Positions 32,949-42,964 of a stretch of 64,000 nucleotides of DNA are shown here, piece by piece. The stretch comes from an uncultured Enterobacteriaceae bacterium. GTDB taxonomy: Bacteria > Pseudomonadota > Gammaproteobacteria > Pseudomonadales > Pseudohongiellaceae. The notes below the pieces were generated by a model. It saw only the letters and a list, made by a program, of their open reading frames with translations. It was not told where the DNA came from and made no database searches. Made by a program: the position numbers and the translations under genes. The stretch covers positions 13,630-77,629 of the forward strand of contig CAZSHI010000007.1 in NCBI GenBank assembly GCA_964606735.1, read 5' to 3'. Each line of letters opens with the position of its first letter. The stretch's first letter is position 1.

Positions 32949-34960
32949 TGAGTGAAGAAATGAGCAACGCTGTGAACGAGCAGGTTAAAAAGAATTCCTT
33001 TATGAGCTGGATCGATGCGCGTCTGCCGGTTACCCAGGCCGTGCAAAAGCACATGACCAAGTATTATGCGCCCAAAAACTTCAATTTCTGGTATGTCTTC
33101 GGCGTACTGGCGCTGGTGGTGCTGGTCAATCAACTGCTGACAGGTATCTGGTTGACGATGAACTATGTCCCCAGTGCCGATGCCGCTTTTGCTTCTGTTG
33201 AATACATCATGCGGGATGTCGATTTCGGCTGGATGTTGCGATATATGCATTCCACCGGGGCCTCTGCTTTTTTTGTTGTGGTTTATCTGCATATGTTCCG
33301 TGGCCTTATGTATGGCTCTTACCAGAAACCGCGTGAACTGATCTGGATTTTCGGTATGACCATTTACCTGGTGCTGATGGCCGAGGGTTTCATGGGCTAT
33401 GTACTGCCCTGGGGTCAGATGTCCTACTGGGGAGCCAATGTGATCGTCAGTCTGTTTGGCGCCATTCCCTTTGTTGGTGAAGACCTGATGGTCTGGATTC
33501 AGGGGGATTACCTGATCTCTGGTGCTACGCTGAACCGCTTCTTTGCCCTGCACGTGGTGGCTCTGCCGCTGGTGCTTATTGCCCTCGTTGTACTACATTT
33601 GTTGGCCCTGCACGAAGTCGGTTCCAACAACCCGGACGGTATTGAAATCAAGGCCAATAAGGATGAAAACGGCATTCCGCGAGACGGCATCCCATTCCAT
33701 CCCTATTACACGGTGCATGATCTGGTTGGTGTGGTCGTGTTCCTGTTTGTGTTTGCCTTTGTAATTTTCTTTATGCCGGAAATGGGTGGTTATTTCCTGG
33801 AGTACGCCAACTTCGAAGAAGCCAATAACCTCAAGACACCGGAACATATTGCTCCGGTCTGGTATTTCACCCCCTTCTATTCAATGCTTAGAGCCGTGAC
33901 CTTCCCGCTCTTCGGTATCGATGCCAAATTCTGGGGACTGGTAGTGATGGCCGGTGCTATTGCCATCCTGTTCGTGATGCCCTGGCTGGATCGCAGCCCG
34001 GTTAAATCCATGCGCTATAAAGGTACTTACAGCCGCGTTGCTTTGTTTGCTTTTGTCATCAGTTTTATCATTCTGGGTGTCCTGGGTACCAAGATTGCTA
34101 CCGGGCCACGTACGGCACTGGCGCAGATCTGTACGGTCATCTACTTTGTGTATTTCCTGGCAATGCCCTGGTATACCCGCAAAGAACAAACAAGCACACC
34201 GCCAGAGCGAGTGACCGGTCGTTTTATCACGCTTCCACAGTTACTAATGGCGCTGGGCCTACTGATTGCCCTGACCATAGTCCCCTTAACGGTTGTGGGT
34301 GCTGAAGCCGAAGTCGAACTGGAAGAAGTGGAAATGAATTTGGAAGATACCGTTTCGCTGCAATCCGGTTTACAGACTTTCATGAACTACTGCATGGGCT
34401 GTCATTCACTGGGTTATTCACGCTACCAGCGCGTGGCTGAAGACCTGAATATCCCTGAAGACATCATGCTGGAGTCTGTAGTTTTCAACCCTGAAACCAA
34501 TATCGGTGATCTGATGATCAGTGCCATGCCGGAAACAGCAGAAAACTGGTTTGGTGTAGCTCCTCCTGACCTTTCTCTGGTTGCACGGGTTCGTCAGCCG
34601 GAATGGTTATATGGATATCTCACCGGCTTTTATCTGGATTCCTCACGCCCCTTCGGTGTCAATAACCGGGTGTTTGCCAATGTCGGTATGCCAAATGTAC
34701 TGGCTGAATTGCAGGGTGATCAGGTCTGTGATGATCTGGAACACTGTGAAGAGCTGCATCACGTTGATGGCACCGGCGCACTCAGCGAAGCAGAGTTTGA
34801 GGAAGTGGTCTATGACCTGGTTAATTTCCTCTACTATGCCGGTGAACCTTCCCGCCTGGATCGCGAGCGAATCGGCGGATTCGTGCTGTTCTTTTTAGCC
34901 TTCCTCTTTGTCTTTGTTTACATGCTGAACAGAGAATACTGGAAAGACGTAGAACATTAA
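32948..34960 (+). CDS. petBC: Fused cytochrome b / cytochrome c1 in a single 670-codon ORF.
   Basis: Residues ~1-418 are cytochrome b and end at PPERVTG. A c1-type signal/anchor follows (LPQLLMALGLLIALTIVPLTVVGA). Mature c1 has CMGCHS, PPDLSLVARV, GMPNVL and the C-terminal anchor ...REYWKDVEH. No stop codon lies between the two parts. Confidence 0.9.
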   Translation: MSEEMSNAVNEQVKKNSFMSWIDARLPVTQAVQKHMTKYYAPKNFNFWYVFGVLALVVLVNQLLTGIWLTMNYVPSADAAFASVEYIMRDVDFGWMLRYMHSTGASAFFVVVYLHMFRGLMYGSYQKPRELIWIFGMTIYLVLMAEGFMGYVLPWGQMSYWGANVIVSLFGAIPFVGEDLMVWIQGDYLISGATLNRFFALHVVALPLVLIALVVLHLLALHEVGSNNPDGIEIKANKDENGIPRDGIPFHPYYTVHDLVGVVVFLFVFAFVIFFMPEMGGYFLEYANFEEANNLKTPEHIAPVWYFTPFYSMLRAVTFPLFGIDAKFWGLVVMAGAIAILFVMPWLDRSPVKSMRYKGTYSRVALFAFVISFIILGVLGTKIATGPRTALAQICTVIYFVYFLAMPWYTRKEQTSTPPERVTGRFITLPQLLMALGLLIALTIVPLTVVGAEAEVELEEVEMNLEDTVSLQSGLQTFMNYCMGCHSLGYSRYQRVAEDLNIPEDIMLESVVFNPETNIGDLMISAMPETAENWFGVAPPDLSLVARVRQPEWLYGYLTGFYLDSSRPFGVNNRVFANVGMPNVLAELQGDQVCDDLEHCEELHHVDGTGALSEAEFEEVVYDLVNFLYYAGEPSRLDRERIGGFVLFFLAFLFVFVYMLNREYWKDVEH

Positions 34961-34996
34961 TAATAGGCTGAATAACATTTACGAGGCTGATTCAAT

Positions 34997-35635
34997 ATGG
35001 GAGTAGTGACCAAACGCTCTTCAATGCTGTTCTATTCTGATGGCAACAGTCAGTATAGCCATCGGGTCAGGATTGTGCTGGCGGAAAAAGGTGTCACGGT
35101 GGATATTGTCGATGTCGATAGATACGACTTGCCTGAAGATCTGATTGATCTGAATCCCTACAGTACGCTGCCTACTCTGGTTGATCGTGATCTGGTGCTG
35201 TATGAATCCGGTATCATGATGGAATATCTGGACGAGCGTTTTCCCCATCCGCCACTGTTTCCTGTCTATCCGGTAGCACGTGCCCAGAGTAGACTGTGGA
35301 TGCACCGCATTGAAAAAGACTGGTGTACCCTGGTAGAAAAAATCCAGCTCGAAGAGGGCACCGACAAAGAATTGAATGCAGCGCGTAAAGAACTGGTTGA
35401 AAGCCTGCTTTCCATAGCGCCTATTTTTGCCGAAAAGCCTTATTTCATGAGTGAGGAATTCACCATTGTTGATTGTTGTGTGCTCCCCATCCTCTGGCGC
35501 TTACCTGAACTGGGTATCAAACTGCCAGAAAACAAGACAAGCAAACCTCTGATAGAATACCGGCAGAGACTCTTTGAACGGGAGTCTGTCCAGGAGTCAC
35601 TTTCCGAACAGGAAAAGGAAATGGCCAGCTGGTAA
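34997..35635 (+). CDS. sspA: Stringent starvation protein A.
   Basis: GST-like, 212 aa. KRSSMLFYSDGNSQYSHRVRIVLAEKGV parallels E. coli SspA. Confidence 0.95.
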   Translation: MGVVTKRSSMLFYSDGNSQYSHRVRIVLAEKGVTVDIVDVDRYDLPEDLIDLNPYSTLPTLVDRDLVLYESGIMMEYLDERFPHPPLFPVYPVARAQSRLWMHRIEKDWCTLVEKIQLEEGTDKELNAARKELVESLLSIAPIFAEKPYFMSEEFTIVDCCVLPILWRLPELGIKLPENKTSKPLIEYRQRLFERESVQESLSEQEKEMASW

Positions 35636-35670
35636 ACAATTTTTCTCTTATCAGCGCAACGGGTAAAAGC

Positions 35671-36084
35671 ATGACAATGACTTCACACCGTCCCTATATG
35701 ATAAGAGCCCTGCATGAATGGATGCTGGACAATAACTGCACGCCCTACATCCTGGTGAATGCCTTTGTCAAAGGTGTCGAAGTTCCACAGGATTACGTCA
35801 AGGATGGCCAGATTGTTCTTAACATATCCCCACGTGCCATCAAGACCCTGAATATCAGCAATGCCGGTATAGAGTTTGAGGGCCGTTTTGGCGGCATTCC
35901 CACCAAGGTTTATGTCCCTACAGCTGCTGTGCTGGGTATTTATGCCAGAGAGAACGGGCAGGGTATGATGTTTGACGATGACGACCCCATGCCAGAGCCT
36001 CCATCATCAGTCACTGAGGGTGATGCTGATTTTAAAGGGAAAAAAATTAAAAGCGGCAAGCCGACCTTGCGCGTTGTTAAATAG
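35671..36084 (+). CDS. sspB: ClpXP adaptor SspB.
   Basis: RPYMIRALHEWMLDNNCTPYILVNA and the C-terminal ...LRVVK ClpX-binding tail. Confidence 0.92.
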   Translation: MTMTSHRPYMIRALHEWMLDNNCTPYILVNAFVKGVEVPQDYVKDGQIVLNISPRAIKTLNISNAGIEFEGRFGGIPTKVYVPTAAVLGIYARENGQGMMFDDDDPMPEPPSSVTEGDADFKGKKIKSGKPTLRVVK

Positions 36085-36162
36085 TTACCCTGTGTTTTGA
36101 GTGCGTCCTGATAAGCCGAGTTCTTGTCGATATTACTGAGCTAAGCCAAGACTCTGAGGATG

Positions 36163-36735
36163 CTAGTCGATATATTCGAATGCCCTTACTACTTTGGTCA
36201 CACCGCGAGTGGCGCTGACCAGTTCTACAGCACGATCTGCCTCTTGCCGGGTCAACAGGCCCATGAGATAAACCACACCGTTCTCGGTCACAACCTTGGT
36301 GCGCAGGCCTTCGACATCATCATTGACCAGCATCATGGATTTGATTTTGGTGGTCAGCCAGGCATCGTTGGTTCTGGAGAGGAAGGAGGTATCACCGGCT
36401 ACTTCCAGCTCATTGTAGATGGTTTTAACACGGCTGTTACTGGTGCTCGCTACTCGTGTGGCCAGGTTTTTCAGCTCCTGTGTCGGCACCTGGCCAACCA
36501 GCAACACGGTCTGGTTAAAACTGATAACGTCGATATTGGAATCACGGAGCGCTTCATCGGCTGCATTGATATTGACGGCAATCATGGTTTCAATGGCGCC
36601 ATCATCAAGGACTGACCCGGTGCTGCGGCTACCGCGGTTCTCCTCAATGCTGTCATTCCCATTCAGGGTGCTGATGATCGAGGAGCAGGCGCTCAGGTTC
36701 AGCAACATTAAAATGAAAAATAGTCGAGCTAGCAT
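36163..36735 (-). CDS. dolP: Dual-BON-domain outer-membrane lipoprotein DolP (YraP).
   Basis: Lipobox LSAC and two BON-like repeats. Conserved position after diaA. Confidence 0.85.
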   Translation of the reverse strand: MLARLFFILMLLNLSACSSIISTLNGNDSIEENRGSRSTGSVLDDGAIETMIAVNINAADEALRDSNIDVISFNQTVLLVGQVPTQELKNLATRVASTSNSRVKTIYNELEVAGDTSFLSRTNDAWLTTKIKSMMLVNDDVEGLRTKVVTENGVVYLMGLLTRQEADRAVELVSATRGVTKVVRAFEYID

Positions 36736-36753
36736 AAGTATAGATCCTGGGCT

Positions 36754-37353
<600 letters not shown>

Positions 37354-37457
37354 TCAATTAAGAAAATCGATAGTTTTCATTAAGATACAAGGTTTTCTTG
37401 CAACTTTTTGGTCAATGACATTGCACAGTCATTGTTAATTGTGTCAGACTGTAAGCA

Positions 37458-37474
37458 GCTAGTACAGTACTAGC
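37458..37474. repeat. Perfect 17-bp palindrome GCTAGTAC-A-GTACTAGC in the diaA/phoH divergent intergenic region.
   Basis: Read directly: 8-bp arms around a single central base. A second inverted repeat, CAATGAC-n8-GTCATTG, lies at 37413-37434. Confidence 0.9.
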
Positions 37475-37609
37475 GATATTCTTCACACAAACCAACAAAG
37501 CGCATCAACAGGAGGCCACCCAGCATTCATCTAAACAACTAGCCAAGTACACAGAGAGTACAGTTACCTTTTCTCAACTCAAACTTTTTTAGCATATTGG
37601 AGTGTGAGC

Positions 37610-38422
37610 ATGGCCAGAAGATCGCACAAACGTTCGATCCAATATTATGATGACCTAGACAACCCTTACTACACGCACAAAAGCAACAAACGTAAAGACA
37701 AACAAAGGCGCCGAAAAGGCCCAGAAGAACCCAGCAATATCGTCGAGCTTAACAGTCTGCTCAATACAGGCTACAAGCCTCCGCAGCAAAAACTCCTGTT
37801 AGAACCCCGCAATCCTGCACAAAAACGCTATATCAATGCCATCAAGAATAATTGTCTGACCTTTGGTCTTGGGCCTGCCGGTACCGGCAAATCCTATTGT
37901 GCAGGGGCTCTGGCTGCCCAGGCTCTGGAATCCGGTCGAATTGAGCGAATCATCTTTACCCGTCCTGCAGTTGAAGCCGGTGAACAGCTCGGCTTTTTGC
38001 CAGGCAAACTGGAAGATAAATTTTCCGTTTACATCGATGCCTTCCGGGATATTCTGAATGAACGTTTGGGCAAGGGTGTTGTCGAGTATTGTCTGCGGCA
38101 CGGTAGAATCGTCGGAGCTCCACTGGCATTCATGCGAGGTAAAACCTTCAATGCATCTACCTTTGTGATTCTGGATGAAGCACAAAATGTCACCCCTGCG
38201 CAGATGAAAATGTTTTTAACGCGGATTGGTGAAGACTGCAAAGTAGTGGTGAACGGCGATACGCATCAGAGCGATATACGTGGCCCAAATGGTCTGGATG
38301 ATGCGGTTAACAGATTGCGTGGTCTGCCGGGAGTGCATGTGCATACCTTCAGGAAGGAAGATTCGGTGCGCAGTGGTCTGGTACGGCATGTGCTGGATCG
38401 TTACGAGAGCATTCATGGCTAG
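37610..38422 (+). CDS. PhoH-family ATPase with a Lys/Arg-rich N-terminal extension.
   Basis: Walker A GPAGTGKSY, RPAVEAGEQLGFLPG and ILDEAQN. The ATG at 37610, behind GGAG, is preferred over the GTG at 37604. Confidence 0.88.
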   Translation: MARRSHKRSIQYYDDLDNPYYTHKSNKRKDKQRRRKGPEEPSNIVELNSLLNTGYKPPQQKLLLEPRNPAQKRYINAIKNNCLTFGLGPAGTGKSYCAGALAAQALESGRIERIIFTRPAVEAGEQLGFLPGKLEDKFSVYIDAFRDILNERLGKGVVEYCLRHGRIVGAPLAFMRGKTFNASTFVILDEAQNVTPAQMKMFLTRIGEDCKVVVNGDTHQSDIRGPNGLDDAVNRLRGLPGVHVHTFRKEDSVRSGLVRHVLDRYESIHG

Positions 38423-38440
38423 TTGTCAGCGGCGCTGAAT

Positions 38441-38827
38441 TCAGCTTGCGGGGATAAAGGCATTTTTAAACCAGCGAATCTCGGCATGCTTGTCTCTGCC
38501 GCTGATGCTGACAACGTCGAAACGGGCATCACATCGATCATAAAGCCCCTGGCGCAATAGGTAGTAGCGGGCACACTTAATCAGCTTTTGCTGCTTGTGC
38601 CAGTCGACGGTTTCGTGGGCCAGTCCGAACACCTCATTGTTTCGATAGCGTACTTCTGCAAAGACGATACTGCCCTGATCACTCAGGATCAGATCAACTT
38701 CTCCGAAACGGCAGTGGAAATTCTGGCTGAGTAAGCTCAGTCCTTGTCCTTGCAGATACTTCAAGGCCAGTTTTTCGTAAAAAAGCCCTTTACGCTGAGC
38801 GAGGCTGCGTGGCCTGCTGCTGAACAT
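38441..38827 (-). CDS. yraN: UPF0102 protein YraN (endonuclease-like fold).
   Basis: GEVDLIL motif. Start trimmed to the ATG at 38827, behind GGGAGGA, which removes the overlap with lpoA. Confidence 0.85.
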   Translation of the reverse strand: MFSSRPRSLAQRKGLFYEKLALKYLQGQGLSLLSQNFHCRFGEVDLILSDQGSIVFAEVRYRNNEVFGLAHETVDWHKQQKLIKCARYYLLRQGLYDRCDARFDVVSISGRDKHAEIRWFKNAFIPAS

Positions 38828-38853
38828 ACGATCCTCCCTGATCGTGTTGTAGT

Positions 38854-40710
38854 TTAATTTTCTGTGCTGAGAGGTCGGGGAAAGCCATCCTGCATGCGTG
38901 CCCAATTCAATTGCCGGGTGATACGGTTCTGTGCATCCAGGCTGAGTACGCCTGTAGCTCCAATGAAGGCATTGGTGGCGCCCGTCTCCAGTTGACGGAT
39001 TCTGGGATACAGCCTGAAGGCATCTATGCCGAATGCCTGCAAGCGCAGATTTTGTGCGCTGTTTTGCGGGAACAGCATTTGTGCGCTGGTCTTAAGTTCA
39101 TCTTCCTGCGAAAGCAGCCAGGGGCTTTCACCGAATATGATGCCATTTAGATCAACATCTTCCAGTGGGCGATTGATGCCCGAATAGATATCCTGTGTTG
39201 CATAGACCGGGATATCGCCGGCATAAAGATAACCCAGGCTGGGCTTTATCTGGCGGGCGGCCAGTGGTCCGGCAATCAGGAAGATGAAATCGACGTCCTG
39301 GCGGCGCCGCTGCGAAAACTCCACCGATGCGTTGATCAGATCACTGATTTCCTCTTTGCGGTTTTCGCTGGCATTCAGGTCCAGCATGTTTTCAATACTT
39401 TCGGTGTAGTTGTTGCTGAAAAATTCCTGGGTAACGACCTGGCCACCCAATTGGGTCCACTGCTGAATGAAACTGTCCCGTTTGCGCTGGTAAATTTCAT
39501 CCGGCGGATTGAGAGGGCTTAGAATTGCAGCATAGCGGTGACCATCGTTCCAGGCTTTGACAGCAAGCTGGCGGGCTTCACTTTCCGGAGACAGGGCAAA
39601 CTGATAAAGCTGGGGCGAGAGAGCTTCCAAACCTTCAATGTTATTCAGGGCCAGTGTTGGGACTCCGAGATTTCTGACACTTTGCAGTTGGGCAACATTC
39701 TGTCTTAACAGGGGGCCGATTATCATCCCGGCGCCTTCCAGTCGGGCCTGACGATGCAGAGCGACCATGTCATTTGTGCTACTCGTGTCATAAAAGCGAA
39801 TCTGTGGTACCTGGCCGCCGAAAGAAAGCACATTGAGGTAGGCACTCATGAAGGCGTCTCTGACGATGAGACCGGCTGCAGTATTCAAGGGCAGCAGCAG
39901 GGCAATCTGATTCGGCCTTTCTGCGGCCATCTGCTCGACCAGCTGCAGGGTTTGCGGTAGCTGTTCCGCAGCTGGATGACGGGACCAGCGCAGCTGCCAG
40001 TTATTGAGTTCAACCAGCTGTCTGTCCAGGTTGTATTGATAAGCTTTGCCGACAATGCCCAGTTCGTACCAGCCCTGGAAGGCATAAATGATCTCTGCTT
40101 CAGCCAGACTTCTTAACTCATCGACAGGCAGCGCCAGCAGGTTTTGCCAGAGCTTGTCATGATTGGTTTCTTTCTCGAAGACATTGAGAACCGGATCAAC
40201 CAGAATTCGTTCTCGGATGGCGGCGGCAACATCGTTCTGCCCCTCATACGACTCTGCGCGCATCAGGCGTAATTGTTTTTGTAAATTAATGGGTAGCTGG
40301 GGAAGGGCATCGAAGCGTTCAATGGTCAGGATGGTCAGCGCTTCTTCATAGCGCTGATTATCGACCAGATACTGCGCACGCAGGAGTAGAATTTCAGTCG
40401 CCAGAGGCAGCTCAAGCTGGCGCGTGTTAAGTGTCGTCAACAGCTCATAGGCATCCCGGTCACGTCCTATACCGATATAGGTTCTGGCTGCCTGCAGGGA
40501 AAAAAACTCACTATCCGGAGTTGAAGAATTATTGGCCTGGCGCAGCAGGGTGAAAATAAGCTCCTCTTCCGGGCTGCTGATACCATCATTATCGAGATCT
40601 ATTTCTTCAATGCTGGCCAAGCCTTCCGGAAGCGAACCTGATGGCGTTGTGCTGCAGGAAACAAGCAACATTGCCAGCAAAAAAAGGACTGAAAAACGTA
40701 CTGGGGACAT
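38854..40710 (-). CDS. lpoA: Penicillin-binding protein activator LpoA.
   Basis: Lipobox LLVSCS, an N-terminal TPR-like part and a C-terminal periplasmic-binding-protein-like part. 618 aa. Divergent from rsmI. Confidence 0.85.
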   Translation of the reverse strand: MSPVRFSVLFLLAMLLVSCSTTPSGSLPEGLASIEEIDLDNDGISSPEEELIFTLLRQANNSSTPDSEFFSLQAARTYIGIGRDRDAYELLTTLNTRQLELPLATEILLLRAQYLVDNQRYEEALTILTIERFDALPQLPINLQKQLRLMRAESYEGQNDVAAAIRERILVDPVLNVFEKETNHDKLWQNLLALPVDELRSLAEAEIIYAFQGWYELGIVGKAYQYNLDRQLVELNNWQLRWSRHPAAEQLPQTLQLVEQMAAERPNQIALLLPLNTAAGLIVRDAFMSAYLNVLSFGGQVPQIRFYDTSSTNDMVALHRQARLEGAGMIIGPLLRQNVAQLQSVRNLGVPTLALNNIEGLEALSPQLYQFALSPESEARQLAVKAWNDGHRYAAILSPLNPPDEIYQRKRDSFIQQWTQLGGQVVTQEFFSNNYTESIENMLDLNASENRKEEISDLINASVEFSQRRRQDVDFIFLIAGPLAARQIKPSLGYLYAGDIPVYATQDIYSGINRPLEDVDLNGIIFGESPWLLSQEDELKTSAQMLFPQNSAQNLRLQAFGIDAFRLYPRIRQLETGATNAFIGATGVLSLDAQNRITRQLNWARMQDGFPRPLSTEN

Positions 40711-40805
40711 AGCAAGCAGTATAACCTAATATAGAAAGTGCGCTAACACTTGGCGCACAGTCTATGGCAAGATGCCAGGCTTGCACAGCATCAGGGTTCC
40801 GGATT

Positions 40806-41663
40806 ATGTCAGCAGCCAGTCTATACATTGTCGCGACACCGATTGGCAATCTGCAGGATATTAGCTTGCGAGCCATCGAGGTACTCAGACAGGTCGACCT
40901 GATAGCCGCTGAAGATACTCGCCACAGTGCTAAGCTGTTGAAACATTACGGAATAACAAGCCCCTTGATGGCACTGCATGAACACAATGAACAGGCACGT
41001 ATCGAACATTGCCTGCAAAACCTCAAAGAGGGCAGGTCGCTCGCGCTTATCACGGATGCCGGCACACCGCTGATATCTGATCCCGGTTTCCAACTGGTCC
41101 GTGCCGCCAGACAGGCCGGCCTGACGGTCAGCCCGGTTCCCGGCCCCAGTGCCATCACCGCTGCCTTGTCATGCGCCGGCTTGCCATCAGACAGTTTTAT
41201 ATTCGCGGGTTTTTTACCTGCCAAACAGGCTGGTCGTCTGAAAAAACTGGAAAGCTTTTCAGGTGAAATCAGAACGATGATTTTTTATGAAGCTCCGCAT
41301 CGTATCGTGGATACGTTACATGACATGCAAACGGTGTTTTCCCCGCAACGCCGAGCTGTGCTTGCCAGGGAAATGACCAAAGCGCACGAGACATTTCTTG
41401 CTGATACACTTGAAAACTTGCTGGAGAGACTTTCACAGGATGCCAATCAGCAACGCGGAGAAATGGTGCTTCTGTTGGAAGGTGATTCTGAAGAAAAATC
41501 TGCACCGCTGAAGGAAGTCACAGTGCAGCCAGATTGGCTGATGAAAATTTTACTGGAAGAACTGCCACTGAAACAGGCCAGTGCTCTGGCGGCAAAAATC
41601 AGCGGCCTTAAAAAGAACAGCCTTTACCAGATAGGCTTACAATTAAAAGAAAGTAATGATTGA
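40806..41663 (+). CDS. rsmI: 16S rRNA (cytidine1402-2'-O)-methyltransferase RsmI.
   Basis: LYIVATPIGNLQDIS, AAEDTRHS and ITDAGTPLISDPG. The ATG at 40806 is preferred, but the track ORF start at 40764 is possible. Confidence 0.92.
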   Translation: MSAASLYIVATPIGNLQDISLRAIEVLRQVDLIAAEDTRHSAKLLKHYGITSPLMALHEHNEQARIEHCLQNLKEGRSLALITDAGTPLISDPGFQLVRAARQAGLTVSPVPGPSAITAALSCAGLPSDSFIFAGFLPAKQAGRLKKLESFSGEIRTMIFYEAPHRIVDTLHDMQTVFSPQRRAVLAREMTKAHETFLADTLENLLERLSQDANQQRGEMVLLLEGDSEEKSAPLKEVTVQPDWLMKILLEELPLKQASALAAKISGLKKNSLYQIGLQLKESND

Positions 41664-42147
41664 ATTTTTCGCTTGGCTGGAAGCCACTTCGCTTAGTATC
41701 TGGCTGCGGGAGTCCATGATAGGGTTTCCTTTGAGCCTGGTCATGCATGCACTCGGTATGGCCTTTTTGGTGGGTGTGCATTTTCTGCTGGATTTACGGA
41801 TTCTGGGGATAGCTGGCAATGTACCGCTGGCTCCGCTACAACGATTTTTCCCGCTTATGTGGTTCAGTTTTTTTCTTGCCCTGTTTTCCGGCCTACTGCT
41901 CTTGCTGGCATACCCAGCCAAAGGGCTAACCAACCCGGTTTTTTATAGCAAGTTGCTACTGGTAGCGGCAGCGCTGTTAGTGGGTACAGTACTGGCCCGT
42001 CGGACTGTCAATGAGCCTGCTGTCATCAGCAGTAATACCAGGTTGATGGCGTTGCTGTCACTGTGTCTCTGGGCGACAGTGATTACGCTAGGTCGTCTAC
42101 TGGCATACACCTATAAGGTATTATCAAGCTTCGAGCTGACATTTTGA
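41656..42147 (+). CDS. Uncharacterised 4-TM inner-membrane protein, paralogue A.
   Basis: ATG overlaps the rsmI stop (ATGATTGA). Four hydrophobic helices. Shares H-x-x-G, DLR(I/M)LG, NP-x-F-x-x-K and VIT-x-GRL with the next ORF. Confidence 0.7.
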   Translation: MIEFFAWLEATSLSIWLRESMIGFPLSLVMHALGMAFLVGVHFLLDLRILGIAGNVPLAPLQRFFPLMWFSFFLALFSGLLLLLAYPAKGLTNPVFYSKLLLVAAALLVGTVLARRTVNEPAVISSNTRLMALLSLCLWATVITLGRLLAYTYKVLSSFELTF

Positions 42148-42148
42148 T

Positions 42149-42658
42149 ATGGAAGAAGCACTCCTCAGTTTTTCCCAGCAGTCCGGTATCTACGCCATCA
42201 TGAACAGCCGTTGGGGCTGGCCGATTGTGGAGTCACTGCATTTTTTTGGGCTCTCACTGTTAATCGGAACCGTTGGCCTGTTTGATCTGCGTATGCTGGG
42301 CTTTGTCCGGCAAATTCCTTTGGCGGCGATGCACAAGCTGATACCTTTTGGAGTAGCCGGATATCTGCTCAATGTGCTTACCGGCATTATGTTTTTTACC
42401 AGTGTTCCGGATCAGTATCTCTATAACCCGGCGTTTCAGACTAAAATGCTTTTTATGATAGGAGCTGGGATGAACATGCTGGTGTTCTACCGCTTTGCTT
42501 ATCAGGAAATCAAGCTAACAGGGGCCGGGCAGGATCTGAGGACCAATACCAAAGTGTTTGCTGCTGTTTCGCTACTGTGCTGGATGGGTGTGATTACGGC
42601 GGGGCGCTTGATTACTTTTTTTAGGCCGCCGGCGCATTACTGGTGTTTCTGGTGCTGA
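42149..42658 (+). CDS. Uncharacterised 4-TM inner-membrane protein, paralogue B.
   Basis: Starts 2 nt after the stop of paralogue A (TGATATG). Alignable with paralogue A over most of its length. Ends in ...HYWCFWC. Confidence 0.7.
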   Translation: MEEALLSFSQQSGIYAIMNSRWGWPIVESLHFFGLSLLIGTVGLFDLRMLGFVRQIPLAAMHKLIPFGVAGYLLNVLTGIMFFTSVPDQYLYNPAFQTKMLFMIGAGMNMLVFYRFAYQEIKLTGAGQDLRTNTKVFAAVSLLCWMGVITAGRLITFFRPPAHYWCFWC

Positions 42659-42964
42659 GCTGCTGTGATCGGTAATGCTTCGTTAAAAGGCTGAATTCAA
42701 TCAGTCACTTACTATTTTGTAAGCTCTTTCTTGACTTTCGCCTTGCCTTCCCATCACTTGCGACGCTCAGTTTTATGCCGAGCTATTGTACGTGCATTTT
42801 TTTACTGCACGAATCAGGTGATGGCTCTTAACTGACACAGAAACTTGAGGTCGTACAGCTTGCCCATAGTATAAAGCGATTGCTATGGCTCAATGTGTGC
42901 ATATTGCCGATAGTTTGGATAAGCTAGGCAAGGAATATTCGAGAACTGATCTGGAGACATCTCA

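Noticed and set aside
32897-33553. 218-aa ORF antisense to petB.
   Set aside because: Cytochrome b on the plus strand is unambiguous, so the antisense frame is a codon-bias artefact. The same reasoning applies to 52133-52840 (antisense to murF), 14503-15129 (antisense to kdsC/kdsD) and 36419-37057 (antisense to dolP/diaA).
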